Source: Antedon mediterranea (Eukaryota; Animalia; Echinodermata). Taken from it: a stretch of 64,000 bases of DNA. Numbering within the stretch: position 1 is the first letter of the stretch; each line of letters starts with the position of its first letter. The position numbers and the translations under genes are program-made. Positions 22,701 to 34,935 of this stretch are shown here, piece by piece. The notes beneath the pieces are model-generated. The model had not been told where the DNA came from. It ran no database searches and saw only the letters and a program-made list of their open reading frames with translations. The stretch covers positions 13,773,045-13,837,044 of the forward strand of contig NC_092680.1 of the NCBI RefSeq assembly GCF_964355755.1. The letters are read 5' to 3'.

Positions 22701-25700
22701 AAGATAACAAGAATATGAACAGTTTTTATTGCATAACATGATAGTAAACATGAAGAAACAAAATAACAATAATGCCATTGTATTACTAACCTGAGTACAG
22801 TTTTGAGGAGTACCATCATCTAGCACAATGCACAAGATGCTTGATATGATATCCTGAACATGACGTTCATTAGCAGAATCTAGTTCAATGAGATGCTGGA
22901 ACGACTGAAAGTTTAAAAAAATTAAAATTTTAAAATTAAGATACCTCAATAAGTTAGATATTTGTAAGTCTCCTGGTCCAGACAAAATAAACTCTCCAGT
23001 CTTAAAGGAAACAAATTTACAATTGGCTGATCTCTTTAAGCATTTATTAACTAAATTGATGAAGTAAGGAGCTATCCCCCTATCTTGGGGCCTTGCAGAC
23101 GTTATACCTATATTCAAAAAAGGAAATAAGTCTACACCTTTGAATTATAGACCAGTGAGCCTGACTTCACTAGTATGTAAAACTATGGAAACATTCATTA
23201 GGAATAATATAATGGATTATATGGAAAGCAACAATTTGTTCACCAAAAGTCAACATGGTTTTCGGCCGGGTAGGTCATGTAATACAGCACTACTAGAAGC
23301 GATAAATCAGTGGACCAAATGGTTAGATGAAGGCTCGAGTTTCGATTGCGTTTTCTTGGATTTCAAGAAAGCTTTTGATAGCGTTCCACATAAAAGATTA
23401 ATCAACAAGCTGAAAGCATATGGTATAGGAGGAAACTTAGTGCAGTGGATAGAGGCGTTTCTTACTAATAGATCACAGGTAGTTGTTGTAAATGGTGTTA
23501 GGTCAAACAGCAAAAGAGTAACAAGTGGAATACCTCAAGGAAGTGTTCTTGGACCACTGCTCTTCAACTTGTATATCAACGACCTTCCTGATCAAATAGA
23601 TTCCGAAATAACAATTTTTGCTGATGACACCAAGATTTTTAGAAAAATAAATAATTTAGATGATGCCAAAAAGTTACAAGATGACATTGACAAGCTGTTT
23701 AAATGGTCTATAAAATGGCAACTACCGTTTAACTTAGATAAATGTAGTGTCATGTATTTTGGTAGGAAGAACAATAAATTTCAATACAAGATGGGCCATG
23801 CAGAAAACAAGAAACTACTACAATGGGTCTCCAAAATGACAGATCTCGGGGTCATAATTGACGATAAATTAACTTTCGAATCCCATGTGGCTCAAGTTGC
23901 TATGAAAGCAAATAAAAAGCTGGGCATCATATATAGGTCTTTTGATTATTTATCCTGTCACTCATTATCTCTTCTGTACAAATCGATTGTAAGACCATCC
24001 ATGGAATATTGCAGTACTGTTTGGCAACATGTTTTTTTGAAAGAATCTGATAAGTTGGAAAAGGTTCAACAGCGTGCATCTAGAATGATAGCAGATTTAC
24101 GTCAGTATGAATACAGTCAACGACTTTCCAAAATGCACCTTCCTACTCTAGAATACAGAAGATTGAGATCCGCAATGATTCAAGTATTCAAAATGTTCTA
24201 CGGTTTCACTAAATGTAACAATGAGGATTTTTTTAGGTTAACCACTGAATCTAGAACCAGAGGACACTTTTTGAAAATTAGTAAACCTCGTACTCACTTA
24301 AGGATACGGCAGAAATTTTTAACAAACTCTATTATCGACACATGGAACAACTTGCCTTAGGATGTAATAGAAGCTGCAAATGTTAATCAATTTAAAAACC
24401 GACTAGAAAAGTTTTGGAAACACCACCCACTAAAGTTTTCCCCATATGATAGAACATGTAATAGAATATACCGGAGGGACACACAAGCATTGCTTTAGAT
24501 GTCCAAGATCAAGGTAAATCAAGGTAAAAAATTTATACAGGGTTAAAGTTAGTCATTATTTAATCTTATAATTAGAAATATCAATTAATTAAATTAATAT
24601 ACAGGTTTCAAATATAAATTATTATACAGTATAGTCTTTTTTTTTAAATTACAAAGTAACATTAATTCCAATTATAGTACAATTATTAAATTTTAAATTC
24701 ATTTATTTAAAAAGTCTTATTGCACTCGGTAGAGTTGAAATTGCGTAACGGTTGGTAGAACATAAATTGGATATCATTTCTTCAACTTGGTAATCCCATT
24801 TCATGTTAAGTTGTAATCAAAACCCCAGTAACTCAACAACAGGCCTTTCTTCAAGTACTTTGTCCGCAATAGTTAACAGCACAAAATTGGGTTTGTTTCT
24901 CATAAAGTGGACATGCATTATATGGCATTTAGTAGGGTTGGGCAGCATGTCATTCTCAACACACCAGGTTTGTAGTGCATCGAGATGACTATGAATAGAA
25001 TGACCAAATTATTACCACTTCGAGGTACACGATTAATCTCACCGATTATGATTATTATTATTATTATTATCCACAAACTTCCATCTTTTTGGAACATGTT
25101 CCAACAAGTCATTTACCATCAGAATTGAAGAGGCCCTAGTTTGGTGCCCTAGAGCACTCAGCAATAAAACTCTCAAAAATACGACCAAATAAAAATGTTA
25201 TCGATATGGTCGGTATTCATCAGGATTAAAGGCTATGGGTATCTCTTGAATAGGGAGGTTCAAAATGTGGAAGTTTTACTAAATAACAATACAGGTAGCA
25301 GCAATACTGCACCTTAGCTTATCTCGTGTTAAACATATTTTGGGTTAAATTTTTAAAACAAACCTTTGCATATGATGTCCTATCACCAACTGTTAAAGAG
25401 CCAATTCCTTGACCTCGGTTACGACTTTTCTCCTTTATATGTGAAAGTTGCCTGAAATGTATCATTAATAATACACATTGTCACAAAATATTATATTAAT
25501 AGTAAGAATTCATGCATATAGTATATTAATGCATGCATTCATGCATCTATATATAAATTATGGTTAATTCTGACATAGGCGAGCACAATGAAAAACTTTG
25601 GTACAAATCTCCGTCTTGGATACCTACCTTATCTATCTGAGATGTACCGCGAAACGTAGATTTGATAACATTAGTGTTCACGCCGACGCTATTGTTCCAT

Positions 25701-28700
25701 ATTTCTATCTTAGGAAGATATTATAAAGAGTTTTTTATCAAAATTTATGATTTCAACATTTGATTTTCATTTCAATTTCAATTCTTCCCGGTCAAAGTAA
25801 TTTCCGGGTTTAAGATAAGTTCACCTTGCAACAACCTGGTTTCAAATATTTTCTCTCTTTTATACACAAGGGAGCAGTTAAAATAATAGATTTGACCCTA
25901 AAGGTGACTGGAAACAGGCACTTTCCATCAATCAATACAGTGTCCCTTTGGAAGACGAAAAATATGTCAGAATTAACCATAATTTACATATAGATACCGC
26001 GCGAGTGTGTGAAGGTACAGTAGTTAAATAATAGGAATTATACTGCAAATTAATAAAGATCAAATTAAATATACGCCATAAAGAATCAGAATATATTGTG
26101 GGGAATAGTATTATAAAATTACATAGGGAGATTTGATGATAAGACATTTTTCGAGTGAAATCCCGATAGCTGAGTTTTATTGACTAAGCTTGCAGGAATA
26201 ACTGTAGGCTATCTTCCTGTGTCCCATTAGGACCGAGATGTCTGCCCATGTTGCAAGCCGTAATGTCTTCTTTCTTGGGCCCACTCTGTCACGGCAGTTA
26301 GTTTCAAAAGATGATTAAATTAAATAATGTATTAATAATTATTAGGATGGTATTCATTTGAATAAACGCCTCTCCAATAAAACATCACTTTGAATAATAA
26401 ACCCTCCCCCCCCCCCCCCAACCCAACTATCTAATAAACGTCCATCCACATATTTATAATAACACAATTATACTATTTGTAGTAGAATTCACTGCACTGT
26501 TATCTACAATTTACCAAGCATTTGTTATTCTTTTTTAGCACTTTTCATATCTATTAGAGGATTTCATTTGATTATAAATGTTACCACCATATTATTAAAA
26601 CTAAAAAATTTAACATATATCCCTCAAATAAGCACCTCCCTCAAATGACCTCCGCCTCCCCAAAGAGCCCTACCAAACAATAAAAACTATACAATAAAGT
26701 TATTAATCATCTTAAAGACCCCTTCCCTGCAAATTTGGACGTTTTTTGGAAAATAATACATATATATCACTTTAAAAACATTAAACCATGTCATTCCTTG
26801 TCTTAAATGTACGTTTTATGGTAAATTATGATAAAAAGTGAGAAACAATGCACTACCTAAGTAGGTCGCGGCAATCAACCTCTCGTGGACGGTCTTAGGC
26901 CTAGCCTAGCTAGGCTTAGTTTTGTAGGCCTAACTGGTAAACATCGATAACGTACGAACATCGTACGCTAGCTATATACCTAGCCTGACGTTGTATAGTT
27001 GCTGCATTAATTGTCTTTCTATTTTTGCCACACTCCGTTGATACAAATTGGGGAAAACCCGGTATTTTCGCTGAAAAGTTAGGAGTCTTCCATTTGTTTT
27101 GGCTTCACGATCGATCGAAAAGTGGGCGAATTACAGGTGAAAAACAAAAATATCAATCCGCGCGCAATGCATTTTGGGATTTATAGCGGGCCGCTATAAT
27201 TTTTAGAATCGATTTATTTTTCACATTTTTAACCGTTTAAAGACGAAAAAAGTTATCGCAATAGGACCATATAGTATTATTTTTACATTAAATATAGTTT
27301 GTGATCTTAAATTAGATCTAAAAAACGTAGGGAATAGGGCTTTAAACACTGTGATACAAAGTAGTTTAGTTTTACGAATGTCAAGCATTTTCAATAATGG
27401 TAACCGACAGAAAACGTATAAGGAGAACATTATCATTCCGAGAACCATCGTCTACACTCTAGTACTTTTAATTACTGCATTCTAAAAAATGTCTATACTT
27501 TCAATAGCTTATTTTTATATATAATATTTTGTGCTCAGTAGAGCAATTCTAGCCCCCGTCGGGGAGCCTAGGCCTCCCCCCCCCCCCCCCCCCCAATCAG
27601 GGAGCCTAGCCCCTGCGCCGAGGAACGCGAGTACTTTTCGTTGGGGAATATAATATACGGTAAAAAATCATTCATGTTCGCTTTGTAGCTTCCGCGCCTA
27701 GAAAACCGTGGCGTTCCATTTTGACTGCGAGTACGTCAGAGGGCTATACACTTTATATGCATGCATTATTGCCAGCGATCTAACTAAACAATAGGTACAC
27801 ACTTGTCTGGTGGTGTACAAATCGTTCAACATGGGCCCAGCTCAACTCAGCTAAACTGATCTACGCACCACCCACTCCCACCATAATAAAGACAGAAAGG
27901 TCCACATTTTTAGGCCTCTTAAGTCTAATTTTTGAAGACCTGCAGCTCTAGTTTTAACATTTTCTTAACTCAGCCCCCAACCATAGAGCTGATCATGGAT
28001 ACTTATAAATTTCATTTCATATTTTGAAGTTAATAAGTGCACTTTCCGAGCAGCTCTATTATTCAAAATTTCCTTACAGATCAGCAAAAGGGTGTTAGTC
28101 TCACAACTTTACAATTTTCGCATTCCCAGACAGCAACCAGAATACACCTCTACGATTAATGGCGTACCTCTTGGGGCGTGGGTATGTTTTACGTTCGCTT
28201 ATATTTTCTATGCTACAATTTACCAGTATAAGCATATTCAATTTTAAAGGTCACTTTTAAATTTAAAGAATGAATTTACACAGTGATCGCATCGGACCTC
28301 GTGCAGTGTGTTTTGCACACATTATTTTATTTATGTACCATAAAAATGCGAAAATGTTTGCTACCCTAAATATGATTAAAATGGCCTCAAATTACGATAT
28401 AACGCGTTGCTTATGGGGGATTCGCCCCTCTGGACCCCACCGAGGGTCCTTAATGGCCCCCTGTAACCAGCCTAGCGATGCTTGCATAGCTCCCCCCCTT
28501 GGGAAGATCATGGCGGCACCACTGGCTACAACTTAATTTGCAATTAATTCTCGGATGGGACTCCAACCCACGACCTCCAGCTGGCCTGTCTATACCACCA
28601 AGCTTGTGCTGATTCCCAAGAAAAGATTCAAGCCCTACTTTTTAGTAGTTTTTTTTAAATAGTTTTTAATGCAAAACACAATCTTAAAATGTCAGGCCCG

Positions 28701-31700
28701 TATCCAGGGGGGTGCGTTGGGTGCAGACGCACCCCCCAAGTCCCAAAAGGTCCACTATTTCCTCGGTTGGTATTTTTTCTTGTCTTGTTTAACTAAAGAC
28801 AATATCATTATATATATACAAATTTACATTATCAATGGTATACAAACAAAAATATGCTACTATAAAATGAAAAAATACCGGTAATTAAATTACGGAATCT
28901 GAACTGACTACAAACTCGATGTAAAACATGCGCAGTCGATCATGTGACGACAAGCAATAGCTTAGCGCTTCATGTACGCGGTACGCGGTAAAGTATTTGC
29001 TGGAGAAATACAGACAACTTAACCGGCGGTAAAGACGTGTCTGGAAATACAGACACTATCGAATACGGCGCCTAAACAAGGGAAGGCCAACTCAGACAGC
29101 GTCGTCGGGGAGCCTAGCCCCGTTCGCGTTCACTTCATATAGCTTCAGCGCCTAGAAAACCACGACGTTCCATTGACCGTGAGAGTACGTCAGAGGGCTA
29201 ATATGCACTTTTATGCATTCATTATTGCCAGCGATCTAACTTACTACTAAACATTAGCTAGGTACGCACTTGTCTGGCGGTATCCCTTTGTACGAATCGT
29301 TCAACGTTGGGTCGAGACGCGTGATATCAAGTTTCATCCAGGGACCAAAATGTGTAATGTAGTTATTTTCCAGACGAAGTTTACCGACGGTTACCGAAGG
29401 GAACACGTGTACTTTTTGTCGGGGAATATAATATACAGTAAAAAGCGTTCGCATTCACTTCGTAGCTAGCTTCAGCGCCTAGAAAACCGCGACGTTTCAT
29501 TGACCGTGAGAGTACGTCAGAGTGATATTATGCACTTTATATGCATTCATTATTGCCAGTGATCTAACTTACTACTAAACAATAGCTAGGTACGCACTTG
29601 TCTGGTGGTATCCCTTTGTACGAATCGTTCAACGTTGGGTCGAGACGCGTGATATCAAGTTTCATCCAGGGACCAAAATGTGTAATGTGTTATTTTCCAG
29701 GCGAAGTTTACCGACGGTTACGTCGTGTACTGCGTCGACGTACACTACACTACAGCAAAAACGAATTATGTTAATTGTTCGTTTGTTCACCAATTTTTTA
29801 ATTTACAAGTAACCTTCTGTACCGTGGGGCATCTAAAATAAATTTTTCATCCATTACTAAACAAAAAAACATGCCATTTTCGCTTAGCCAACATTATAGC
29901 TATAGTTATTACATTTTCAATATCCTGTATGTCATGAATTTCTCACCACTCGGAAGTCCAGATGGTACGCATGCATACACCTGGGAGGAATAAACTTTTT
30001 TCCCCGACTGAAAAAGGTCTACGCTTGCGTTTTTAAGCCTCTAGGCCTGATGTTTCCAAAGTATAAAATGCAATTTTTTGAAGACCTGCAGCTCTAGTTT
30101 TAAACATTTTCTTAGCTCAGCCCCAACAATAAAGCTGGTCATATTTCGAAGAAGTACATTTTCCGGGACCTAACATCTCTATTTTTCAAACATTTCTTAG
30201 CTCAGTCACAACCCATGATAGGGACTTATATATTTTTTTTTCATGTTTTGAAGTATAATAAGTCCAATTTCCGGGACATCCAACTCTATTTTTCTAAATT
30301 TTCTTTGAACTTTTATTTTTTAAATTGAAAAATATGGATTGAAACAGTCATCGCGCATCGTTTTTTTGCACGCAGTATTTTATTTATGCATTATAAAAAA
30401 TGGAAAAAATGGCTACCCTAAATCTGATTAAAAAGACCTCAAATGACGCTAGAACGCGTTGCTTCCGGGGGCTTCGCCCCCTGGACCCCCACCAGGGGCC
30501 CTTGGCGGCCCCTGGCCCTCAGCCTAGTGATGCTCGCTTCGCTCGCATATCCCCCTCGTTGGGGAATGTAGCCCCCGCGTCGGGAAGGTCCTGGCGCCAC
30601 CCCTGCTGAGTTGGCCTCATCATGAGAGCGTTAAGTTCTGGTGTCCATCGTTCAACTAGCCCAAGTCACAACAGAGAGTCTTACATCAGTCTTTAGAACG
30701 TCAAATAACGCAAATTTTTCCAGGCCCTTCGGCCCCTGGACCCTGACCCCTTGGCGGCCCCCTGGCCCCCAGCCATTGTTGCTCGCTTCGCTCGCACCCC
30801 CCCATTATAAATGCTGCATACGGGCCTGAATGTTGATAATTAATAATGTAAGATGCATAAAATACCTGAATATTTCATGTGAAGAGATAGCATATTCATT
30901 TTTATCAAGGGGGAACATCTTGAAAATGTGACCATTACAAATAACAATGATGTGATTACCTCCACAAGCACCTTCCCTTTCTGAAATAATAAACCATTTC
31001 ACATTAATTTGGTTTCATTTCTGTATTTCAACTATATTTTATGAGGGCAGAAGGTGATCCTTTAATCACTGTTTAACAATAGAGAGCGGAGTTGTTTTAT
31101 CGTATCATTTATTTTGCAATTAACAAATACAAACAAGAAAACAGAACAAAAGTAAATCAATGAGGCAATGAGGCAGGATCACAAAGAAAATACTTATTAT
31201 AAGATATAAGATATTTCAAATGTTTAAAAACGTTAAAATTACATTTTCGGAAGAAAGTTAATATTGCGTATAGTATAAGTATATAAAACAGTATTTTTAA
31301 AATAAATTAGTAAAATATTTCTTATCTGTATATATATATTATATATAAACACATCAGGCAAAGAATATTAATTCTAAACCGCCCGGTGATTATGTTTTAT
31401 TGTTACATCAGACTGGGCTTGAACACTGGTATTTGTAGGCACGTTATATTGTAAGTAATGATATTGAGAATTTAACCTGTTTTAAAAGATCTAATGAGTT
31501 GGTCACGTTTAATTCCAGGAATACGTCCACAATTAAATATGCTACGAAGTTGATGCATCGATAGTTTATCCTTTCTACCATCTGGAGCTATTAATTGCCT
31601 GAAACAGATATAATTTTTGATAACTTGTTTGTAAGGTTATAGATTTTAAAAGCATTCCAAATGTACAAAAACCCACCACCACTGCCAGGACAATTGTTGA

Positions 31701-33093
31701 ATTTGAAGATGAAAAATACATTAAATAGCATTTTAATAGCATGATACAAGCAAAATATAAATCATTAATGCAAATACCCAGTAAATAATGCCTCATGGAC
31801 ACCTTATGTCACATTTTTAATGAAATTGTCTGCTTAAAACCAAGACTGTTAATATGATTTTTCTAATTCAATGTTGAATAATAATACAAAGTTTTCAGTA
31901 CCCTCTGCTTTCAATTCAAACTATTTTTTAAATAAAAAAAATCCTTCAAAAGCAAACTCAGTATGCAAATATTTTGCTGTGGCTAAGAACTTCTTTCGTT
32001 ATTTCAGAGTTATATGTGTACATATTTGATGCCATCGGGGAGAAGGAGGGTGTTTAGGATAGAGTCTAGATAGCACTTTCTCTCACCTTCTAATACTACT
32101 CCAATAGCCTAGCATATGGTAGATATAGATCGATGCTCTGGAGAGTTGCGAACCCATCTCAGGTGGCCAGATATCATCAAGGCTAGGTTGTACTCCAACC
32201 ATATTACCAAGAATGGCAGTTGGTGTTCTACCATTCAGGTATGCTTCCTCCCACCACTCATGAACCTAATAAATTATGAAGTCAAACTGTTTAACACTAG
32301 AAAAATGGTATACAATAACAGAAACATAGTATAGCCTACTTAGTCTGTATGTTTGATAATGAGCTTCATTAACTCTGATTAAATACTGATCAAAATACTT
32401 ACAAGGGGTTGTAATCAACTCATAGTAAAGATACTAAAATTAAAGTTAATAATAAAAGATCCTTACCCAGTTTTTGGAATGTTTGGCTTTCTGCGCAAGT
32501 TTACTGTGAATTGTTTTACCAATTCCTTCCTCAAATTTCTTCACTTGCTCCTTGTAAGCAAGGAACTCAGTTGTTGACAAAAACGGTTTTACTGAAAGAA
32601 CATTAACAATTTTAAGATACATATTGTTCCCCTGAAAAAATAATTCTTAAAAAAATGTTTGTTGACCATAAATTGGATAAAAAAAATATATACTTGTAAA
32701 CCTGAAAAAATGTAAAGCAAAAAATATTCAAATTTTGGTTGAATTTAACCATTAATTTTTTCCTTTTATAAAGGAGAATTTTTTTCTATGGAAGTGATTA
32801 ACTTTATTAAAACTACAAAACAACCTATTCAAAGTCTTATGTAATTAATCTTAATTTTTCATATTTGAGGGGGGGGGGGGGAGACAATACATCTTTAAAC
32901 ATTATAATAAGACAGGTCACTTGAAATATATGAAAAGAAACTGGTTTAATTAATTACCTGAATCGAGGTATTTGGTCAGAGTATTTTGTAGGCTAGGTAG
33001 GGGCAGTGAAGGTAGTGATTCATCATACTGGAAGGTGAGGTCTGCAGTCACACCAGAACTACTATTTGATATGTTATTACTTGTATTGCTCAT
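19778..33093 (-). CDS. CROT: Peroxisomal carnitine O-octanoyltransferase, 15 coding exons, about 617 aa, C-terminal PTS1 (SKL)
   Basis: Exons 33093-32958, 32591-32467, 32265-32087, 31598-31477, 30980-30866, 25451-25364, 22904-22791, 22692-22588, 22372-22289, 21602-21492, 21306-21176, 20912-20789, 20645-20473, 20141-20022, 19904-19778 splice in frame (1854 nt). Motifs: TFQYDESLPSLPLPSL, NWVHEWW..AYL, NCDHAPYDGM (catalytic His), LHPD..QLAIQLAYY, CYETAATRKFYKGRTETIRS, GCDRHLFG, GGGGNFVLSTS, and the end FPSTSKL*. Confidence 0.94.
21703..22050 (-). mobile_element. LINE (L2-group) 3' fragment
   Basis: Peptide LQVCYNNGLRMLL...CSASLMF...IPSFYELL resembles an ORF2 C-terminus. It is followed by a 3' UTR ending gaaataaaa and a (TGAA)n tail. 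Confidence 0.7.
22939..24526 (+). mobile_element. 5'-truncated CR1-clade LINE (reverse transcriptase), antisense in a CROT intron, inactive
   Basis: Motifs KSPGPD, NYRPVSLTS, QHGFRPGRSC, FLDFKKAFDSVPH, SGIPQGSVLGPLLF, FADDTK, TRGH, WNNLP. In-frame stops at about 23065 and 24358. 3' tail caaggtaaat repeated. Confidence 0.92.
24745..25045 (-). mobile_element. Degraded LINE RT fragment
   Basis: Minus-strand peptide LDALQTWCVENDMLPNPTKCHIM...LLGF*LQLNMKWD matches the region downstream of YADD in non-LTR RTs. Confidence 0.6.
26716..27341. mobile_element. Kolobok-type MITE family B, copy 1
   Basis: ttaa|AGACCCCTTCCCTGC ... GTAGGGAATAGGGCT|ttaa. Near identical to 53531-54921 without its insert. 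Confidence 0.85.
28693..30828. mobile_element. 2.1-kb composite TIR element with a 5-bp TSD
   Basis: aatgt|CAGGCCCGTATCCAG ... CTGCATACGGGCCTG|aatgt. It has an internal duplication (about 29105-29400 and 29400-29720) and segments shared with 27530-28530. Confidence 0.65.
32615..32894. mobile_element. Degenerate Kolobok-type MITE related to 9448-9996
   Basis: Ends gggagacaatacatct|ttaa and begins ttaagatacatattgttcccc. Confidence 0.55.
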
Positions 33094-33445
33094 TGTGATG
33101 AAGTTTTAAAATCTAAAACAAAATGAATATAGCAATGTATTAAGATAGATTCACAAATTAGACATTCAATCCAGCCCCAAGTCAAGTCAGCCCGCATTAA
33201 AATATGAAACGCAAAAAGTGAAGCAAATTAGTATAACTTTAAATACATTATATATTTTTATAACATTTTTATTTTACTGTATTTATCTAATAATATCTAT
33301 CTAATATATCTAAGAATATTTTTTATTCATTCTGGGAACATCCTTTTTTATCAAAATTTATAGGCCCTATGCCTACTGTACCCAGGCAGGTCTCCCTGCT
33401 GTACCTAACAAACACATAACTGAGACTATTCATCACAACTAATAA

Positions 33446-34935
33446 CTAGATTTAATTCGTCACTATGACGAATTATAGGTTATATGCATTGATTTAAATA
33501 AAGATAATTGATTTTTAAAAGATATATTGATTGATTGATTTTCTCAGAATCTTTAATTTTTTATATTATATGATAGGACGTGACCTGGCCTTGCTAACGC
33601 GACCACCATAGCTGGTATCACAATCCGATCAAAGATCCATATGCGTATAATGTCATAAACCACATTTGTTGTTACATAATAATAAAGACATAAGTTAATT
33701 TTTATCTAGATTTCATTATAAATCATGTGTATAATCTATACACTAAGAAATAAATTTGAACAAACAATACGGATAATAAAAAAAAAAATCTTATTTCGTT
33801 TCCCAAGGTGAGACTCGATCTCGGTACCTTGAATGCCATAGACACGAGCACAGATCATCGAGCCATACACCACTGACTAAAAGGTGTAGAAAAATTCCTC
33901 CGTGTATTTACTATGCAGTAACCAGTTTGGTGCAAATAGATTATTACATACCGCAATGAATTATAATTTTTTACTATGATGACATCTTTAAAATGTAAAC
34001 AAATGATGCACTGTCAAACTATATACTTTTAACTTTAATATATGAACTTTGGAAGGAAGAAAGTTAATGTTAAGTTCGTTATTTTGGCCTAAGAAAATGT
34101 CATAATTTGTTTGATTGTCGAAATTATTTTTTTAAATTTAATATGCAATTAATGATGACTTAATCAACTTTTGTTCTCTTAATTTGATAATAAATCATAT
34201 ATATGATACATATACTTCAAGAAAATGAAATAAAAAATAGGTGTTCCCCTGCATTCTGACGATATATATTAATTTTTAAAATTTAGCATATTTTCACCAT
34301 TTTGTTAACTTATACGTGCGTAGCCAGTCACTTTTGACGTGCTCGTATAACGCAATTTCGAGTTGAAACGTGAATCAAATATGATGATATTATTAAAGAA
34401 AGATTGTAAAACAGAAATTGGGCAAAAAGAGTGCGCATTAACGTTTAACGCGCCGTGCGCGTGAAAAAATCGGCGCACTCATGGCAATTTTTTAAACGCT
34501 TAAAATTGCCTGAAACGTACTCTAATTTCATCGAAAATTAATTTTGACAATTTTGAACATTTTAAGCGCGCGTACGCAAGCGTTATATGCGCTACGCACG
34601 TAATTGTATTGCCATATGATGAAATATGACCTGAAATTTATGAGTACCAAATTTTGTTTTATTGTGATTCATGCTTGTGAAGATATGATTACAAACGTGA
34701 TTTCGTAAAATCGCGCGTAGACCGCGTAATTTTTGATTGCGCATCGTGAAAATATAACCACATCGATTCCTGGCCATAAGGAATATACTCTGAAAAATTG
34801 ACTTAGATAGATAAAACTGATATCAAGATAATTCACAGACAAAATAGTGCTAAGGAAAGAATAAATAAATAAATAAATAAATAAAGATTTTGACAGAATC
34901 AAGAGGTTATATGCATGATAATGCATATAACCTAA
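33446..34935 (-). mobile_element. Non-autonomous Helentron/Helitron2-like element, copy 2 (complete)
   Basis: One end has CTAG plus a hairpin (aattcgtc-actat-gacgaatt) and a subterminal aggttatatgcat. The other end has (TAAA)n and the stem-loop aggttatatgcat-gata-atgcatataacct. This is the asymmetric TIR layout of Helentron/DINE-1-like elements. Confidence 0.78.

Noticed and set aside
22584-23117. 177-aa minus-strand ORF
   Set aside because: It is a chimera of antisense CR1 sequence, one CROT exon and intron sequence.
23140-24360. 406-aa RT ORF as an active or domesticated reverse transcriptase
   Set aside because: It is 5'-truncated, lacks the endonuclease, starts at TTG and is bounded by premature stops. 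This is an ordinary dead CR1 copy.
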